Assembly: GCA_965217895.1 (NCBI GenBank)
Contig: CBDCJV010000002.1
Coordinates: 224,001-288,000 of the forward strand
DNA length: 64,000 nt
Reading direction: 5' to 3'
Origin: Waterburya sp.
GTDB taxonomy: Bacteria > Cyanobacteriota > Cyanobacteriia > Cyanobacteriales > Xenococcaceae
Positions 19,928-30,766 of this stretch are shown here, piece after piece. The translations under genes and the position numbers were made by a program. Position 1 is the first letter of the stretch, and each line of letters begins with the position of its first letter. The notes under the pieces were generated by a model that had not been told where the DNA came from, did not search any database, and was given only the letters and a program-made list of their open reading frames with translations.

Positions 19928-21130
19928 ATGAAAAGTTTAACCATATTAAGACAAACAATCACCTTAAGTTTTATAAGTTTTATTAGTTCAAGCGTTTTAT
20001 TTACTCCTCTTGCTAGTCAGGCTTTAACTGTTGAGGAAGTAACCAATCCTCGTCACAATAATGGTGGTTGGGTTACAGATTCAGCCGACATTCTTAGCGA
20101 GTATACTGAACAGCAACTAAATCAGATGATTTCTCAATTGGAAGCTGGTAATGGTACAGAAATAGCCGTTGTTACTGTACCAGAAACTTTTCCTGCTGAC
20201 TCTCCTAAAACTTTTGCAACGCAACTATTTAATTACTGGGGAATTGGTAAAGCAGACAAAGATAATGGCATCTTGTTTTTAATTTCTAAGGAAGATAGGC
20301 GTGTGGAAATTGAAACTGGTTATGGTATTGAAGGGATCTTACCCAATACCCAAGTAGGCGACATTATTGATACTAAAATTACCCCCCAATACAAACAGGG
20401 TAATTACGATCGCGGTACACTTGATGGTACAAATGCTTTAATTGAGGCGATAAATTCTCCTGCTGTCAAAAGTCTGCAAACATCTTTACCAAATAGAAAC
20501 TTGAATATACTTTTTATCTTAGCTGGAATAGCAGTGACTTCAACAGCGGGAGGACTTTTATGGTTGTGGAAAAAATCGAATAAGATTTTTGTCGATCCTC
20601 ACAAAACTACGATCTCTCTTAATCGCACTAATAGCCGAAACATTCACTGTGCTAAATGTAGTCAGCCAATGGAAAAGGTTGAAAATATAATAAAGTTAAC
20701 CAAAACCCAGCAGGTAGCTAAAAAAATTGGCGCAGTTAGCTACAGAGGCTATAAATGTTTAAACTGTAGTAATGCAATACAGCCATACTCAATTATTGCT
20801 TATGCTTCTCATTCTTCTCGCTATCAATATTGTCCTGAATGTGAAGAGTTAACGGTTACTTGTACTGGAGAAACTTTAAAACCCCCAAGCTACCACCGTA
20901 AAGGAAAACTTCTTGTTAGTGATATATGTCATTGCTGCGATTATCTTCAGGAAAAAATCGAAGATATCCCCTGTTTAATTCGTACTTACAAAAATAGTGG
21001 CAATAGAAGTAGTAACAGCAGTATTTATTATGGTAGTTCTTGTGGAGGCTCTAGCGATAGCGGTGGAAGCTCAGGTAGTGATTTTGGTGGAGGCTCTAGC
21101 GGTGGCGGTGGTGCAGGAGGAGATTGGTAA
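19928..21130 (+). CDS. TPM domain protein with TM helix, Cys-rich (Zn-ribbon-like) region and Gly/Ser tail
   Basis: EIAVVTV, FATQLFNYWGIG...DNGILFL, RRVEIETGYG; CxxC motifs; FGGGSSGGGGAGGDW end. Confidence 0.85.
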   Translation: MKSLTILRQTITLSFISFISSSVLFTPLASQALTVEEVTNPRHNNGGWVTDSADILSEYTEQQLNQMISQLEAGNGTEIAVVTVPETFPADSPKTFATQLFNYWGIGKADKDNGILFLISKEDRRVEIETGYGIEGILPNTQVGDIIDTKITPQYKQGNYDRGTLDGTNALIEAINSPAVKSLQTSLPNRNLNILFILAGIAVTSTAGGLLWLWKKSNKIFVDPHKTTISLNRTNSRNIHCAKCSQPMEKVENIIKLTKTQQVAKKIGAVSYRGYKCLNCSNAIQPYSIIAYASHSSRYQYCPECEELTVTCTGETLKPPSYHRKGKLLVSDICHCCDYLQEKIEDIPCLIRTYKNSGNRSSNSSIYYGSSCGGSSDSGGSSGSDFGGGSSGGGGAGGDW

Positions 21131-21258
21131 CTTCTTTTAGCTACGAAAAGACACACTTTGTACGTCATATACTAAATTACCAACGCCATAATATTTTCCT
21201 GTACAAATACACCATAAAGTTCTCATAACTTTTAATTTATAATAGAGATATTTTTATT

Positions 21259-22077
21259 ATGACCGCTAAAAATAGTTTTCCCTATAAACTAATTACATAC
21301 TCTGGTCTAGGATTTTTGTTACTCTTAGCTTTAATTGTATTTAAGCCATTTGCTATCATAAAAGCTGGCGATCGCGGTGTGGTAATGCGCTTTGGAAAAG
21401 TTCAAGCAGCAATTCTTGATGAAGGTATTCATCCAATTATTCCTGTGGTTAATTCAGTTCAACCTTTAACCGTGCGCGTACAAAAAAATGACGTTGATGC
21501 TGCTGCTTCTTCTAAAGATTTACAGGATATAAAAATACAAGTTGCCCTTAATTGGCATATTAATCCTGAAAAAGTCAATACTGTTTTTCAACGTATTGGA
21601 GATGAAGAACAAATTATCAATCGAATTATCGATCCTGCGGTTTCAGAGATCGTAAAAGCTGCTTCTGCCCAAAAAAATGCCGAAGAAATTATTACTAAAC
21701 GCAATGAAATTAAGCAACAAATTGACGTAGAACTCAAACAAAGACTTGATGATTATGGAATATTAGTTGATGATGTGTCCTTAGTTAATATTGCTTTCTC
21801 CCCAGAATTTACTAAAGCGATTGAAGCCAAACAAATTGCTGAACAACAGGCAAAGCAAGCTGACTATGAAGCCTTAAAAGCTGAGAAAACTGCCCAAGCA
21901 GAAATTAATCGGGCAAAAGGTCAGGCAGAGGCTCAAAGATTACAAAAGCTGACCTTAACTCCTGCACTGTTGCAAAAAGAGGCAATTACTAAATGGGATG
22001 GCAAATTCCCGATGGTGATGGGAGGTGATGGGGCATTGCCTTTTATTAATATCGATCCACAAAAGATTAGTCAGTAG
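21259..22077 (+). CDS. prohibitin/SPFH (band 7) family protein
   Basis: AGDRGVVMRFG, ASSKDLQ, AIEAKQIAEQ, KWDGKFP. Confidence 0.9.
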   Translation: MTAKNSFPYKLITYSGLGFLLLLALIVFKPFAIIKAGDRGVVMRFGKVQAAILDEGIHPIIPVVNSVQPLTVRVQKNDVDAAASSKDLQDIKIQVALNWHINPEKVNTVFQRIGDEEQIINRIIDPAVSEIVKAASAQKNAEEIITKRNEIKQQIDVELKQRLDDYGILVDDVSLVNIAFSPEFTKAIEAKQIAEQQAKQADYEALKAEKTAQAEINRAKGQAEAQRLQKLTLTPALLQKEAITKWDGKFPMVMGGDGALPFINIDPQKISQ

Positions 22078-22137
22078 AAAATAGAAAAAGACGCAGCCTT
22101 ACAACCACGCCTTTAAAACTAAATTATTGTTAATCAA

Positions 22138-25100
22138 TTAACCAGCAACAGCTAATGCACCTGCAACAGCAGCAGCGATCGCGGAAATCAAAGCGGTAAA
22201 AAACAACCACCACGAAGCAGTTGCAGCAGCTTTACGAGTATCTTCTACCTGTTTGGCAGCCTGTTTTTTGGCTGACTCTATACGCATTGCTGCCGCGGTT
22301 TGGATACGTTCTGCACGTTGTAAAGCGCGATCGCGGGTTCTTTCGATCTGGCTAATAATGCGCTCGGCATCGGCTTGAGAGATATCATCGCGAGAACTCA
22401 TGACTGCAACTAAAGTATCGCGATCGACGCTAGAAAAGCGATCTCTGAGGGCAGTAAAACCAGCTTGAGGATCGTCAAACATCACGTTTACATCTTGTCT
22501 GATGCCATCATAAGCTAGTTCAGGACGATCTAAGCTATCAAGATAAGATTTAATTTTTGCCAGAATACGGTCAAGTACAGACTTGATTTGATCTTGCACC
22601 TTCTGTAGCTGCGCCATGGCGTTATCTCTCACGGCTAACACCTGATCGACTACTTGGTTGACATCTTCTTCAGAGATATCTTCTCTTTGAGTTAATAAGG
22701 CAACTAAAGTCGAGCGGTCAAACTGTGACAATCTGTCTTTGAGGCTTTCTGCACCGGCACGAGGATCGTTAAGCAGTAGTTCTACATCGCGCTTAATACC
22801 TGTAGGGCTTAATTCTGCTTTATCAGTAGAGCGTAGATAATCAGCGATCGCACTTTGAAAATCTTGAACTTTCTCCTGAGTACGAATAGCTGCACGACGG
22901 GGTGCTTTAGCAATGCTGCGGATGGTAGATTGAATATCATCGATCACCTGATTGACATCAGCTTCGCTTAAGTCTCGACGCTGTGCCAATAGCTGTACCA
23001 AAGTATCGCGATCCATAGCTGCTAAACGTTGACGAATAGCTCTAGATCCGAGTTTGGGATCGTTGAATAATAAACTGAGATCCCGTTCAATACCTTTGGG
23101 GTTAAGTTCAGGCTTGCCAGTTTGACGCAGATAATCAGCGATCGCCGTGGTGGCCTGATCGTATTGTTCCTGGGCTTTGCCTACTAATTGCCCTGGTGCG
23201 TTAACAACTCGCATCCATGTACCTTCAACACTATCGAGTACATCTTCTATTTGCTCTTCGCTTAAGTCTTGACGTTGAGCTAGTAGCTGAGTCAGGGTAT
23301 CGCGATCAAAGTTGGATAATCTGGCTTTTAATGCCGAACTTCCTGCTTGAGGATTATTAAGCATTAGCTGTAAATCTTGCTTGATGCCATCTGGATTTAA
23401 TTCGCCTCTGCCCGTATCCCTTAAATAAGACTGAACCTGAAGCCACTGTCTATCGGCAACGGTTTGAGCCTGACCAAGATTTTTCTGAGAATCTGCCAAA
23501 ACGCGATCGCGCGCTAGTTCTAATTCTCCTGTAATAGCTGATGCTTCAATTGCCTCTGTATCACTCCGTAACTCAAGCATTCGTTCTAAAGTCGGGCGAT
23601 CTAACACGGCTAAACGAGTACTCAACTCTTCATAGCTAGCGTCAAAGTCTTCAAGTATTGGCTTAAACTCCATTTGGATTTTCTCAGGAGTGAGATTTTC
23701 TTTGGGGGTGGTAGTTAAATATTGTTCTACTTCCACCATTAGTTCAATACTTTTTTGTCGTGCATGGGCTGCCTCAGCCGTAGCAATTACCTCTAGACGA
23801 ATTGCATCCAGTAGGTTTGCCGTGCTGCGAATTTGAGTTTGAGACAATAATCCTTTTTGCTTGAGAATCTCGACAAAATCGGGACGACTAATTTGTCTTA
23901 AGTCTGAAGCTACTGCCAGAGGATCGGCAGCAGGATCGTAAATCAAATCGCGAAATTCTCGATCTAAGTTAGCTTGCTTTAGCTGCCAAGGATAGGCATT
24001 GAGCAAGTAGTTTTTGATATCTTTTTTGACAGTAGTTTCGGGGGTACTGGCAAGTCCTAACTGAGATGCAGCCTTGTTGGTTTGTTCGCCTAAGTGTCCT
24101 CCTAAACCTTGTAACTGCTCGGTAATTTTATCAACATCTATATCGCTAAGATCGCTACGTCCCATGACTATATTAGCCAAGCTACTAGCACCAAAGGATG
24201 TTGCCGCTTTCATTAAGGGGCTATTAGATTGAGAGCGACGATTTTTACCTATTTCGCCGATTAAAGAATCTAATTTGTCTCCAAAATCTGTACCTGTAAG
24301 CTGTTCTCTGGTTGCCGACTTGAGATAGCTGGCAAAACTGCTAACAGGATCGCCAGAGGGAGCAACCTTGCTATGAGTTTTGTTCCAAACCGACTCTAGC
24401 TTACCAGCAATACGATCTGCATCTTTTTTCGAGATGTCACTGCGATCGCTAATTAACTGGACAAAAGTGTTGCGATCGACGCTGCGAATACTATCGCTAT
24501 CTAAAATGGTATGCAGATTTTCATCATCTAACAACTGTTCAAAATCTTTGGCTATCTTATCTACATCTAATCCCGCTGGTTTGAGAGAATGCAAAAAGTC
24601 CTCAACGTTTTCCCGCATCGAAACAGGATCGATCGCCATTCCCAATTCTTTTCTTACCGCAGCGGCAGCAGCTTCTGCTGTATTAACTACCTGTTTACTA
24701 GCTGCACCTGCACCTATGGCAGCGGTGGCAGTACCTAAAATTGACTGCATTCCCGATGTGGCAGTACCAACAACTGAACCTAGTAGCGAACCAATTGCCC
24801 TAGAGCTAAAAGTTACCATGAGAGCAAAAAACGCCGCCCAAATAACCAAGCCAACAATTGCCCCTGAAAGTGGAGCTATAAATAAGCCTAGCTTAACAGC
24901 TAGAAAACTAGCAATAAATAAAGCCAGACTAACGCTGATTAGAGTACCTAAGCCAACAGCAAAACCTATTTTTTTGATGGTGCTGCCTAAGCCACTAGAA
25001 CTGTGAGAACTATCGTCTGCTACGTCATATACGGTTTTCCCTTCTAGATCCTGTAGATTTTCTGTATCAGGTGTAGAAGAGCTACTAGAACTTCCGCCAG

Positions 25101-25293
25101 CCATAGAAATACCAGCAGCAACTCCCAAATTGGTAAATAATAGTTGGAAAGCAAAAGCTAAAACTACCCCTGCAATTAAAGCTGCAAAAAATTGAGGACC
25201 GTTGAATACAAAGGAGGCATCTTGAACTGCTTGTAAATTTGGCTCAGGTTGTACTATGACAGGAGCCTGGAGCAATATTTTCGTATAAAACAC
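22138..25293 (-). CDS. large membrane-anchored helical-repeat protein (1051 aa)
   Basis: N-terminal TM helices, C-terminal TM helix, at least four ~98-aa repeats YL..T...EL.P.GI..D..L...DP..G...L..R....DR.TL..LL..R.D.SE. Confidence 0.8.
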   Translation of the reverse strand: MFYTKILLQAPVIVQPEPNLQAVQDASFVFNGPQFFAALIAGVVLAFAFQLLFTNLGVAAGISMAGGSSSSSSTPDTENLQDLEGKTVYDVADDSSHSSSGLGSTIKKIGFAVGLGTLISVSLALFIASFLAVKLGLFIAPLSGAIVGLVIWAAFFALMVTFSSRAIGSLLGSVVGTATSGMQSILGTATAAIGAGAASKQVVNTAEAAAAAVRKELGMAIDPVSMRENVEDFLHSLKPAGLDVDKIAKDFEQLLDDENLHTILDSDSIRSVDRNTFVQLISDRSDISKKDADRIAGKLESVWNKTHSKVAPSGDPVSSFASYLKSATREQLTGTDFGDKLDSLIGEIGKNRRSQSNSPLMKAATSFGASSLANIVMGRSDLSDIDVDKITEQLQGLGGHLGEQTNKAASQLGLASTPETTVKKDIKNYLLNAYPWQLKQANLDREFRDLIYDPAADPLAVASDLRQISRPDFVEILKQKGLLSQTQIRSTANLLDAIRLEVIATAEAAHARQKSIELMVEVEQYLTTTPKENLTPEKIQMEFKPILEDFDASYEELSTRLAVLDRPTLERMLELRSDTEAIEASAITGELELARDRVLADSQKNLGQAQTVADRQWLQVQSYLRDTGRGELNPDGIKQDLQLMLNNPQAGSSALKARLSNFDRDTLTQLLAQRQDLSEEQIEDVLDSVEGTWMRVVNAPGQLVGKAQEQYDQATTAIADYLRQTGKPELNPKGIERDLSLLFNDPKLGSRAIRQRLAAMDRDTLVQLLAQRRDLSEADVNQVIDDIQSTIRSIAKAPRRAAIRTQEKVQDFQSAIADYLRSTDKAELSPTGIKRDVELLLNDPRAGAESLKDRLSQFDRSTLVALLTQREDISEEDVNQVVDQVLAVRDNAMAQLQKVQDQIKSVLDRILAKIKSYLDSLDRPELAYDGIRQDVNVMFDDPQAGFTALRDRFSSVDRDTLVAVMSSRDDISQADAERIISQIERTRDRALQRAERIQTAAAMRIESAKKQAAKQVEDTRKAAATASWWLFFTALISAIAAAVAGALAVAG

Positions 25294-25691
25294 GACTTTT
25301 TTCCTTTAATAATTAATCTTTTTGAAAAAACCTATTAATAAATAGGTAGAGTAAATTCTTGAATAATTTTCCAAAAAAAACTATGCCTTTAGTTTCTAGT
25401 TAGATTACCAAATATTTACCCGATCATCATCTTTCTTTGGATAGGAATGCTTAATTTATAAATATAGACATCTTCAAGTCATACACCTAAGGTTATATAT
25501 TGAACCTATCATTTGTATATCAAAGTGCTAAGTAGATTTCAATTATCTTTTAAAAATCTTAGTAAATATACCAGATTACATTAGAAAAAGAGGAAAAGCA
25601 AAACTATTCCTTTTGGTAGATTGATTGTTATGAAATTTAAATTAATCTAAGTAGTAACAATAAATACAGAAATCTCAAAGGAGATAATATT

Positions 25692-25874
25692 ATGAGTGCT
25701 GAAGATAGAGCTAAGGCTACAGCTAAGAATGTAGAAGGTAAAGCCCAAGAAGCAATGGGTAAAGTTACTGGAGACAAAGGCGATCAGGCAGCAGGTAAAG
25801 CCAAGCAAGGCGAAGCATCTGCTCGACACGCTGCAGAAGACGGCAAAGATGCAGTCAAAGATGCAGTTGACTAA
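25692..25874 (+). CDS. csbD: CsbD family stress protein
   Basis: KNVEGKAQEAMGKVTGD...GKAKQ signature; AGGAG RBS. Confidence 0.88.
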   Translation: MSAEDRAKATAKNVEGKAQEAMGKVTGDKGDQAAGKAKQGEASARHAAEDGKDAVKDAVD

Positions 25875-25995
25875 TCAAATAATTAATTTGATAGTAATTT
25901 AATTTATTAAAAATTGAGAAGGAAGCAAAATTTTCCTTCTCTCTTTTGTTTAAATATCGCCTTGTTAAACAACATTTGGAGTTTCATTTATAAAA

Positions 25996-26430
25996 ATGAA
26001 GTTAAACAAAATCCGCCGTATTTTAACGGCTACCCTACTAGCATTGATGATAACAGTTACGGCTACCGCCTGTTCTTCTAGTAGTACTGCTACACTGCCT
26101 AATCCAACTTTAGACAGTAGATCTACTGCCTATACTCAACTAGAAAGAGGAGACAGTGTTGCAGGACAAAAATTTGGTGATTGGGTAGTTAGCACTAGCC
26201 AAGGATTAGTTAAAGATTCTTTTGTACGTGATAACAATAAGCTCGGTGTAGTTATTTCGGATAAAGTTAAGCCCACAGAAGTAAAAACATTAGCTAAAGC
26301 TTTGGCAATGGGTTTTCATCAAAATTTTCCCGATCAAGATCTAACAATTTTGATGTATGCACCAGACAAAGAAAGAATTTTGACTGCTAAATATGACGTG
26401 CAGTCTAACAACATTGAATACCAAGGGTAA
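25996..26430 (+). CDS. conserved lipoprotein
   Basis: Lipobox TATAC after a signal peptide. Confidence 0.7.
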   Translation: MKLNKIRRILTATLLALMITVTATACSSSSTATLPNPTLDSRSTAYTQLERGDSVAGQKFGDWVVSTSQGLVKDSFVRDNNKLGVVISDKVKPTEVKTLAKALAMGFHQNFPDQDLTILMYAPDKERILTAKYDVQSNNIEYQG

Positions 26431-26551
26431 AACATTAAACATTGACGAGCGACCCCGCGTCGCCGAAAGGCACAAGGGAATGCGCGAGTTAAACATTTAT
26501 TAATGGGTCAATGTTTTCTATTTCCCTCACACTTTTTTAGGAGCAAGAATT

Positions 26552-27061
26552 ATGTCCAGTAGTGACAAGTATAAAAAACAAGTAATGAACGACCTAGCAG
26601 GTGGGAACGTCGAATCTCTCGACGGCTCTCCTGTGAGCGAGAATTACGACAACTTTGATGATTTTGCTCAACGTAGCACCAAAGAGGAAAGACACGGTTT
26701 GTTCCAAAAAGCTTTTCATCATGATAATGTTTCTCCGCAACAAATGGAGCCTGAGCTGCAAAAGGCGATCGCTCAAATTAAGCCTAATGAAAGAGATGAT
26801 GTAGCCAAAGACTTTATTAAGCATCTAGAAAAAAGAGGTTTAAAGGAAAGAGATTTAGAAAAACAGCTTGGTTTGTCTACCCATCACGCCAGTCGCATGA
26901 ATGCTGACGATGTTAGCAAGCTGGCAAGTTTTACCTATCATTCTCATCCTGATATCTTTCAAGAAGTAATGGCGGATCAACCCGCACTGTTAAAATTCTT
27001 TAGCAATCCCTTAGTCGGTGCAGCTTTAGGTGCAGTGGCAGCTAAGTGGTTACACCGTTAA
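26552..27061 (+). CDS. conserved hypothetical protein
   Basis: 169-aa ORF with AGGAG RBS; terminator-like hairpin at 27099-27128. Confidence 0.7.
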   Translation: MSSSDKYKKQVMNDLAGGNVESLDGSPVSENYDNFDDFAQRSTKEERHGLFQKAFHHDNVSPQQMEPELQKAIAQIKPNERDDVAKDFIKHLEKRGLKERDLEKQLGLSTHHASRMNADDVSKLASFTYHSHPDIFQEVMADQPALLKFFSNPLVGAALGAVAAKWLHR

Positions 27062-27238
27062 CTCAAATAAATAATTTGTTAAATCTTAGCAATATTATAA
27101 GGACGTTTTGTTTTACCTAACGTCCTTGTTTTTGTGGTCATTTGATGTTTACTATCTATAGCAGTACACACCTCAACAATTGGCAAGTTTAAAAGCCGTA
27201 GGTTTGCAAGCCAGCCATTCAACACTAATGATAAATAT

Positions 27239-28264
27239 TTAATGCTCAATGTTCAATGCAGACATATCTAAATCAAATTTGATGGCAATTTGGCTGAGTA
27301 CTTCCTGTTCTTTCAAAGTGATTTCACCTTTAGACTTAGCAATCCTGTAGCATCTTTCTAAGGTTAAAGGTGCAAATTCTGGCAACAGTTTGTTTAATAA
27401 GCTAGATAAATCTTGAGGCTGTTCTAAACTTTTAGCGATGTTTTTCACCGAAGAAGAAGAAATGTCTTCAATTACTTTCAAAGTTTCTGACCAATCTTGG
27501 TTTGGATAACTAACTCTGATCATCTGCGCCAAAATGCAGTCCATGATTTTAGACTGTTCTAAAGCAATTCGCCAATCTGCATCGGTTTTTTGCTGCATAG
27601 ATGCAACCTCTTTGTGATCGATCTTTCCCTGGTAGAAACGACAGGCTGTTTGACCCAGTACATAAAGCATTGCTGCATTAGTAGACGCACCTACCGCTGC
27701 ACCAATACCTGGAATGATTTCTACAATGGTCAAACCTGTTTTCATTACGTCTGCACCTAATGATAAGCCAAAGATAGCTAAAGCTTCTCCTCGTCTTGCA
27801 GACTCTTCTAAATCTAAACCATAGGCTGCTGCAATTTCATACACCATTTCGGTTTGCAGCTTAGTGGTGGCGATTAATTCTATCCCCAAAAATAATGCTG
27901 CAATAGGCGGAATGATATTGGTAAGTAGTCCTAAACGTCCACCTTCCCAAGTTTTTTCCACAATTAAGCGATGAGCAATTTCATTAGGAGTATCATTAGG
28001 ATATTGCGATCGCATTTTATCCACGGTAGTTTGTATCTTAGTAATGTCAACCTTGCCTAAAAAAGTCATCAACCAATCTAAACCGATGATCTTATCTGCT
28101 GACTTTAAAATAGGATTAGAGGCAATCCACTCTAAAGTCTCGCCTGTAGAGTGAGTGGTATGCTCTAGTAGCTTTTGAGCTTCGGTGGTAATGGTTGCAG
28201 TTAAATCACCCAAATTGTTAATTGCTTCGCTGATAAAGTTTTCAGGTGGAGTTGGTTTTGACAT
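27239..28264 (-). CDS. EcsC-like protein with possible TerB-like C-terminus
   Basis: LQTEMVYEIAAAYGLDL...R.GE.LAIFGL, IPGIGAAVGASTNA. Confidence 0.65.
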   Translation of the reverse strand: MSKPTPPENFISEAINNLGDLTATITTEAQKLLEHTTHSTGETLEWIASNPILKSADKIIGLDWLMTFLGKVDITKIQTTVDKMRSQYPNDTPNEIAHRLIVEKTWEGGRLGLLTNIIPPIAALFLGIELIATTKLQTEMVYEIAAAYGLDLEESARRGEALAIFGLSLGADVMKTGLTIVEIIPGIGAAVGASTNAAMLYVLGQTACRFYQGKIDHKEVASMQQKTDADWRIALEQSKIMDCILAQMIRVSYPNQDWSETLKVIEDISSSSVKNIAKSLEQPQDLSSLLNKLLPEFAPLTLERCYRIAKSKGEITLKEQEVLSQIAIKFDLDMSALNIEH

Positions 28265-28509
28265 GGTAATGATTGTAATGCGTCTAATATAAATACTAAT
28301 CTAAATACTAAAAATTCCTGACTGAACCTTTGATAGAGTTTAGGAAAGTCAGGAAATAATTTATTAGTCTAATACACGTTTTAATGCGAATTAAAAAATG
28401 ATCGACCTTTGCTTGCAGTTTCTAAAAGCTAATAGTTAAGCAGTTGCGTTGCAGAGGTTTCCTCCGTTGAGCAAGCTGCTGAACTCAAAGGGTTAACAGC
28501 TAAAAAATA

Positions 28510-28851
28510 TTAGTTTTTCAAGTTATCAAAGAAGTTGGCTGCTTTTTCTTTTACTGTCTCTGCATCAGGATTACTAGGATTGCTCATTTTATCAGCATCT
28601 GCTGCACCCTGGACGGCATTTGTTCCCTGTTGCGCTTTTTCGGTTATTTCGTTAATTCCTCTAGGATTAGAACGAGCTACATCATCAGTTTCTTTCTGGA
28701 TTTCGTTTAAGTTAGCTTCTCCATCGGTAGTCTTGCTAGTTGCTGCATTAGCAGAATAAGCACTAGAAATAAACAGCATTCCACAGACTACAACTGTCAA
28801 TATCAAACGAATAGAAGTCTTTAACCAGTTGTTCAACTTATTAAATAACAT
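28510..28851 (-). CDS. small secreted hydrophilic protein (low-temperature/stress-induced type)
   Basis: Signal peptide; GEANLNEIQ...G.NAVQGAADADKMS.P. Confidence 0.65.
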   Translation of the reverse strand: MLFNKLNNWLKTSIRLILTVVVCGMLFISSAYSANAATSKTTDGEANLNEIQKETDDVARSNPRGINEITEKAQQGTNAVQGAADADKMSNPSNPDAETVKEKAANFFDNLKN

Positions 28852-29251
28852 AAGTTTTCCTCAATAATTTTTTATTACCTAACATTAATAGCAATTACCA
28901 TCAGATAATCACATCCGACTTTAGACATATATATTTGCTCATATAGGGAAAAAAGCTATGGATATACATGAATAATTAATGATTGTTAATTATTTAATTA
29001 ATCTATAAGCGTTATTTATAACAGGTTAAAAGTCTATCTAAATAGACTTTTATTTTATTTATATTTTAGAAGCATAATATCACCCATGTATCAAAGGTGT
29101 TGTAAAGAAACTTAAATATTACATCCTTTGATAGAAGAAACATAAATTTTGAGGAGCTAACTTTAATCGCATATAGATAGAGCAATCAAAATTTCGAGAT
29201 ATTTCTTCAGCCAACTACAACTAAATAGACTGTTATTCTGTTTGGAGACTT

Positions 29252-29455
29252 TTGATCGTGGATGCAAACATACCGAACTTTCAACTCAATTTAGAGCTAA
29301 GCATTGAACAAAAATTTAAGATGCGGATTTTTCAAGAGTCAGTTAAAACTATGAATCCTGAAGATGCTCGCTCTTTGTTACTGGAAGCTTCTCAACTGCT
29401 GATGGTTAAGGATAATATTATTAGAGGATTAATGAAACAAACTATTATTGAATAA
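29252..29455 (+). CDS. nblA: NblA/Ycf18 phycobilisome degradation protein
   Basis: LSIEQKFKMRIFQESVKTMNPEDARSLLLEASQLLMVKDNIIRGLMKQ fits the NblA pattern. Confidence 0.75.
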   Translation: MIVDANIPNFQLNLELSIEQKFKMRIFQESVKTMNPEDARSLLLEASQLLMVKDNIIRGLMKQTIIE

Positions 29456-29464
29456 TATTATTTT

Positions 29465-30391
29465 ATGCTAGATAGAGCCTTCAAATTTAAATACCTTAAA
29501 GTATGGCGTAAGCGAAGCTCAACGAAGTTATCGCTCTGGGTAGATATATTTTCATCAGTCTTTTTTGCTTTAGGTATAGTTAATATTGCCCAATCACCTG
29601 CTTTTGCTTCCCCTGACTATAAGCTTGAAAAGCAACCAATCACCGTCGCGATCGATTTTCTTGACGTTTTTAAGGGTGCGGTTGATTATATTCAAGTAGC
29701 CAATATTTCAGATGAACAAGAAGTCGAAATTGGCAAACAGACTAATGCTCAAGTGTTAAACCAATACCAGCTATATGACAATCCTCAAGTTCAGCAGTAT
29801 GTTAGTGATTTAGGGCATGAGTTAGTAGACAACAGTAATAGTAGAAATATTCCCTTCAATTTTCAAGTAGTCGCTAGTGATGAGGTAAACGCTTTTGCTA
29901 TACCTGGAGGATATGTATATGTCACTACTGGCTTACTGAAAACAGCCGAAGATAGAGCGCAGCTAGCATCGGTAATGTCTCACGAAATTGCTCATGTTAA
30001 TGAAAGACACGGCATTAAAGGCTTAAAACAAGCAGTTGCTGCTAAAGGTATCGCCACAGCAGCAGGAGTAGATACTCAAACCTTGGCTCAAATTGCTTAT
30101 AAAGTAGCGATAGATTTGCCACAGGGACGTTCTTTTGAATACGAAGCAGACAGCAAGGGTCTAACTATATTAGAACAGGCTGGCTATCCAGCAGAAGCCT
30201 TTGCTGAGTTTTTGGCTAAGTTAAAAGGAGGTGGTGGCACACCTCAATTTTTAAGTACTCACCCTAGTAGCAAAAATCGTATTGAGGCTATTAGACAAAA
30301 AACCCAAGCCGACCAAGCCGCTAGTAATGCCACCAGTAATAAAGGTCAGGATAAAACCGAATATCAAAACAACGTTTTATCTTTGATGTAG
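29465..30391 (+). CDS. M48 family zinc metallopeptidase
   Basis: NAFAIPGG, HEIAH, EYEAD, FLSTHP. Confidence 0.9.
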   Translation: MLDRAFKFKYLKVWRKRSSTKLSLWVDIFSSVFFALGIVNIAQSPAFASPDYKLEKQPITVAIDFLDVFKGAVDYIQVANISDEQEVEIGKQTNAQVLNQYQLYDNPQVQQYVSDLGHELVDNSNSRNIPFNFQVVASDEVNAFAIPGGYVYVTTGLLKTAEDRAQLASVMSHEIAHVNERHGIKGLKQAVAAKGIATAAGVDTQTLAQIAYKVAIDLPQGRSFEYEADSKGLTILEQAGYPAEAFAEFLAKLKGGGGTPQFLSTHPSSKNRIEAIRQKTQADQAASNATSNKGQDKTEYQNNVLSLM

Positions 30392-30475
30392 CTTGGGCAA
30401 AAATCTATCAATAGCTAGAGCGTATTTTTCTCTATATGGTTTTTAATGTTGGTAAGAATTTAATTTTAAGAAACT

Positions 30476-30766
30476 ATGAGTAATCAAGAACACGAAGAAG
30501 TATATCGTGAAAGCAATAGCGATGAGGGTCGCCGTACCGCCAATAAAGGTGATGTGGTTGATGAATCAAAATCCTTAGAAGAAAAAAAGGATCAGGTTGC
30601 TGTAGATACTTGGGATCCTGCTGGTCATGTTAAAGTTCCTACCTATTTTCCTGTAGAAAATGAGGAAGGAGAAGAAGAAGCACTACATCACGTTAAAGAT
30701 GCCGAAGAAATTTCTGATGTAATTCGCCAAGCTAGAGTTGATGAAGATGGCGATCGCAAATGGTAA
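30476..30766 (+). CDS. acidic hydrophilic hypothetical protein
   Basis: 96-aa D/E-rich ORF with VPTYF and ALHHVKDAEEISDVIRQAR. Confidence 0.7.
   Translation: MSNQEHEEVYRESNSDEGRRTANKGDVVDESKSLEEKKDQVAVDTWDPAGHVKVPTYFPVENEEGEEEALHHVKDAEEISDVIRQARVDEDGDRKW

Noticed and set aside
24380..25006. 208-aa plus-strand ORF and other antisense ORFs (e.g. 4977, 10031, 12959, 46576, 50899, 57986)
   Set aside because: Shadow frames opposite or inside well-supported genes, with no recognisable motifs.
26447..26490. GC-rich hairpin between the lipoprotein and the next gene as a riboswitch
   Set aside because: Short, flanked by TAAACAT heptamers and resembling dispersed cyanobacterial repeats; no riboswitch consensus recognised.
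29080..29160. NtcA box upstream of nblA
   Set aside because: No GTA-N8-TAC match found at a suitable position by eye.
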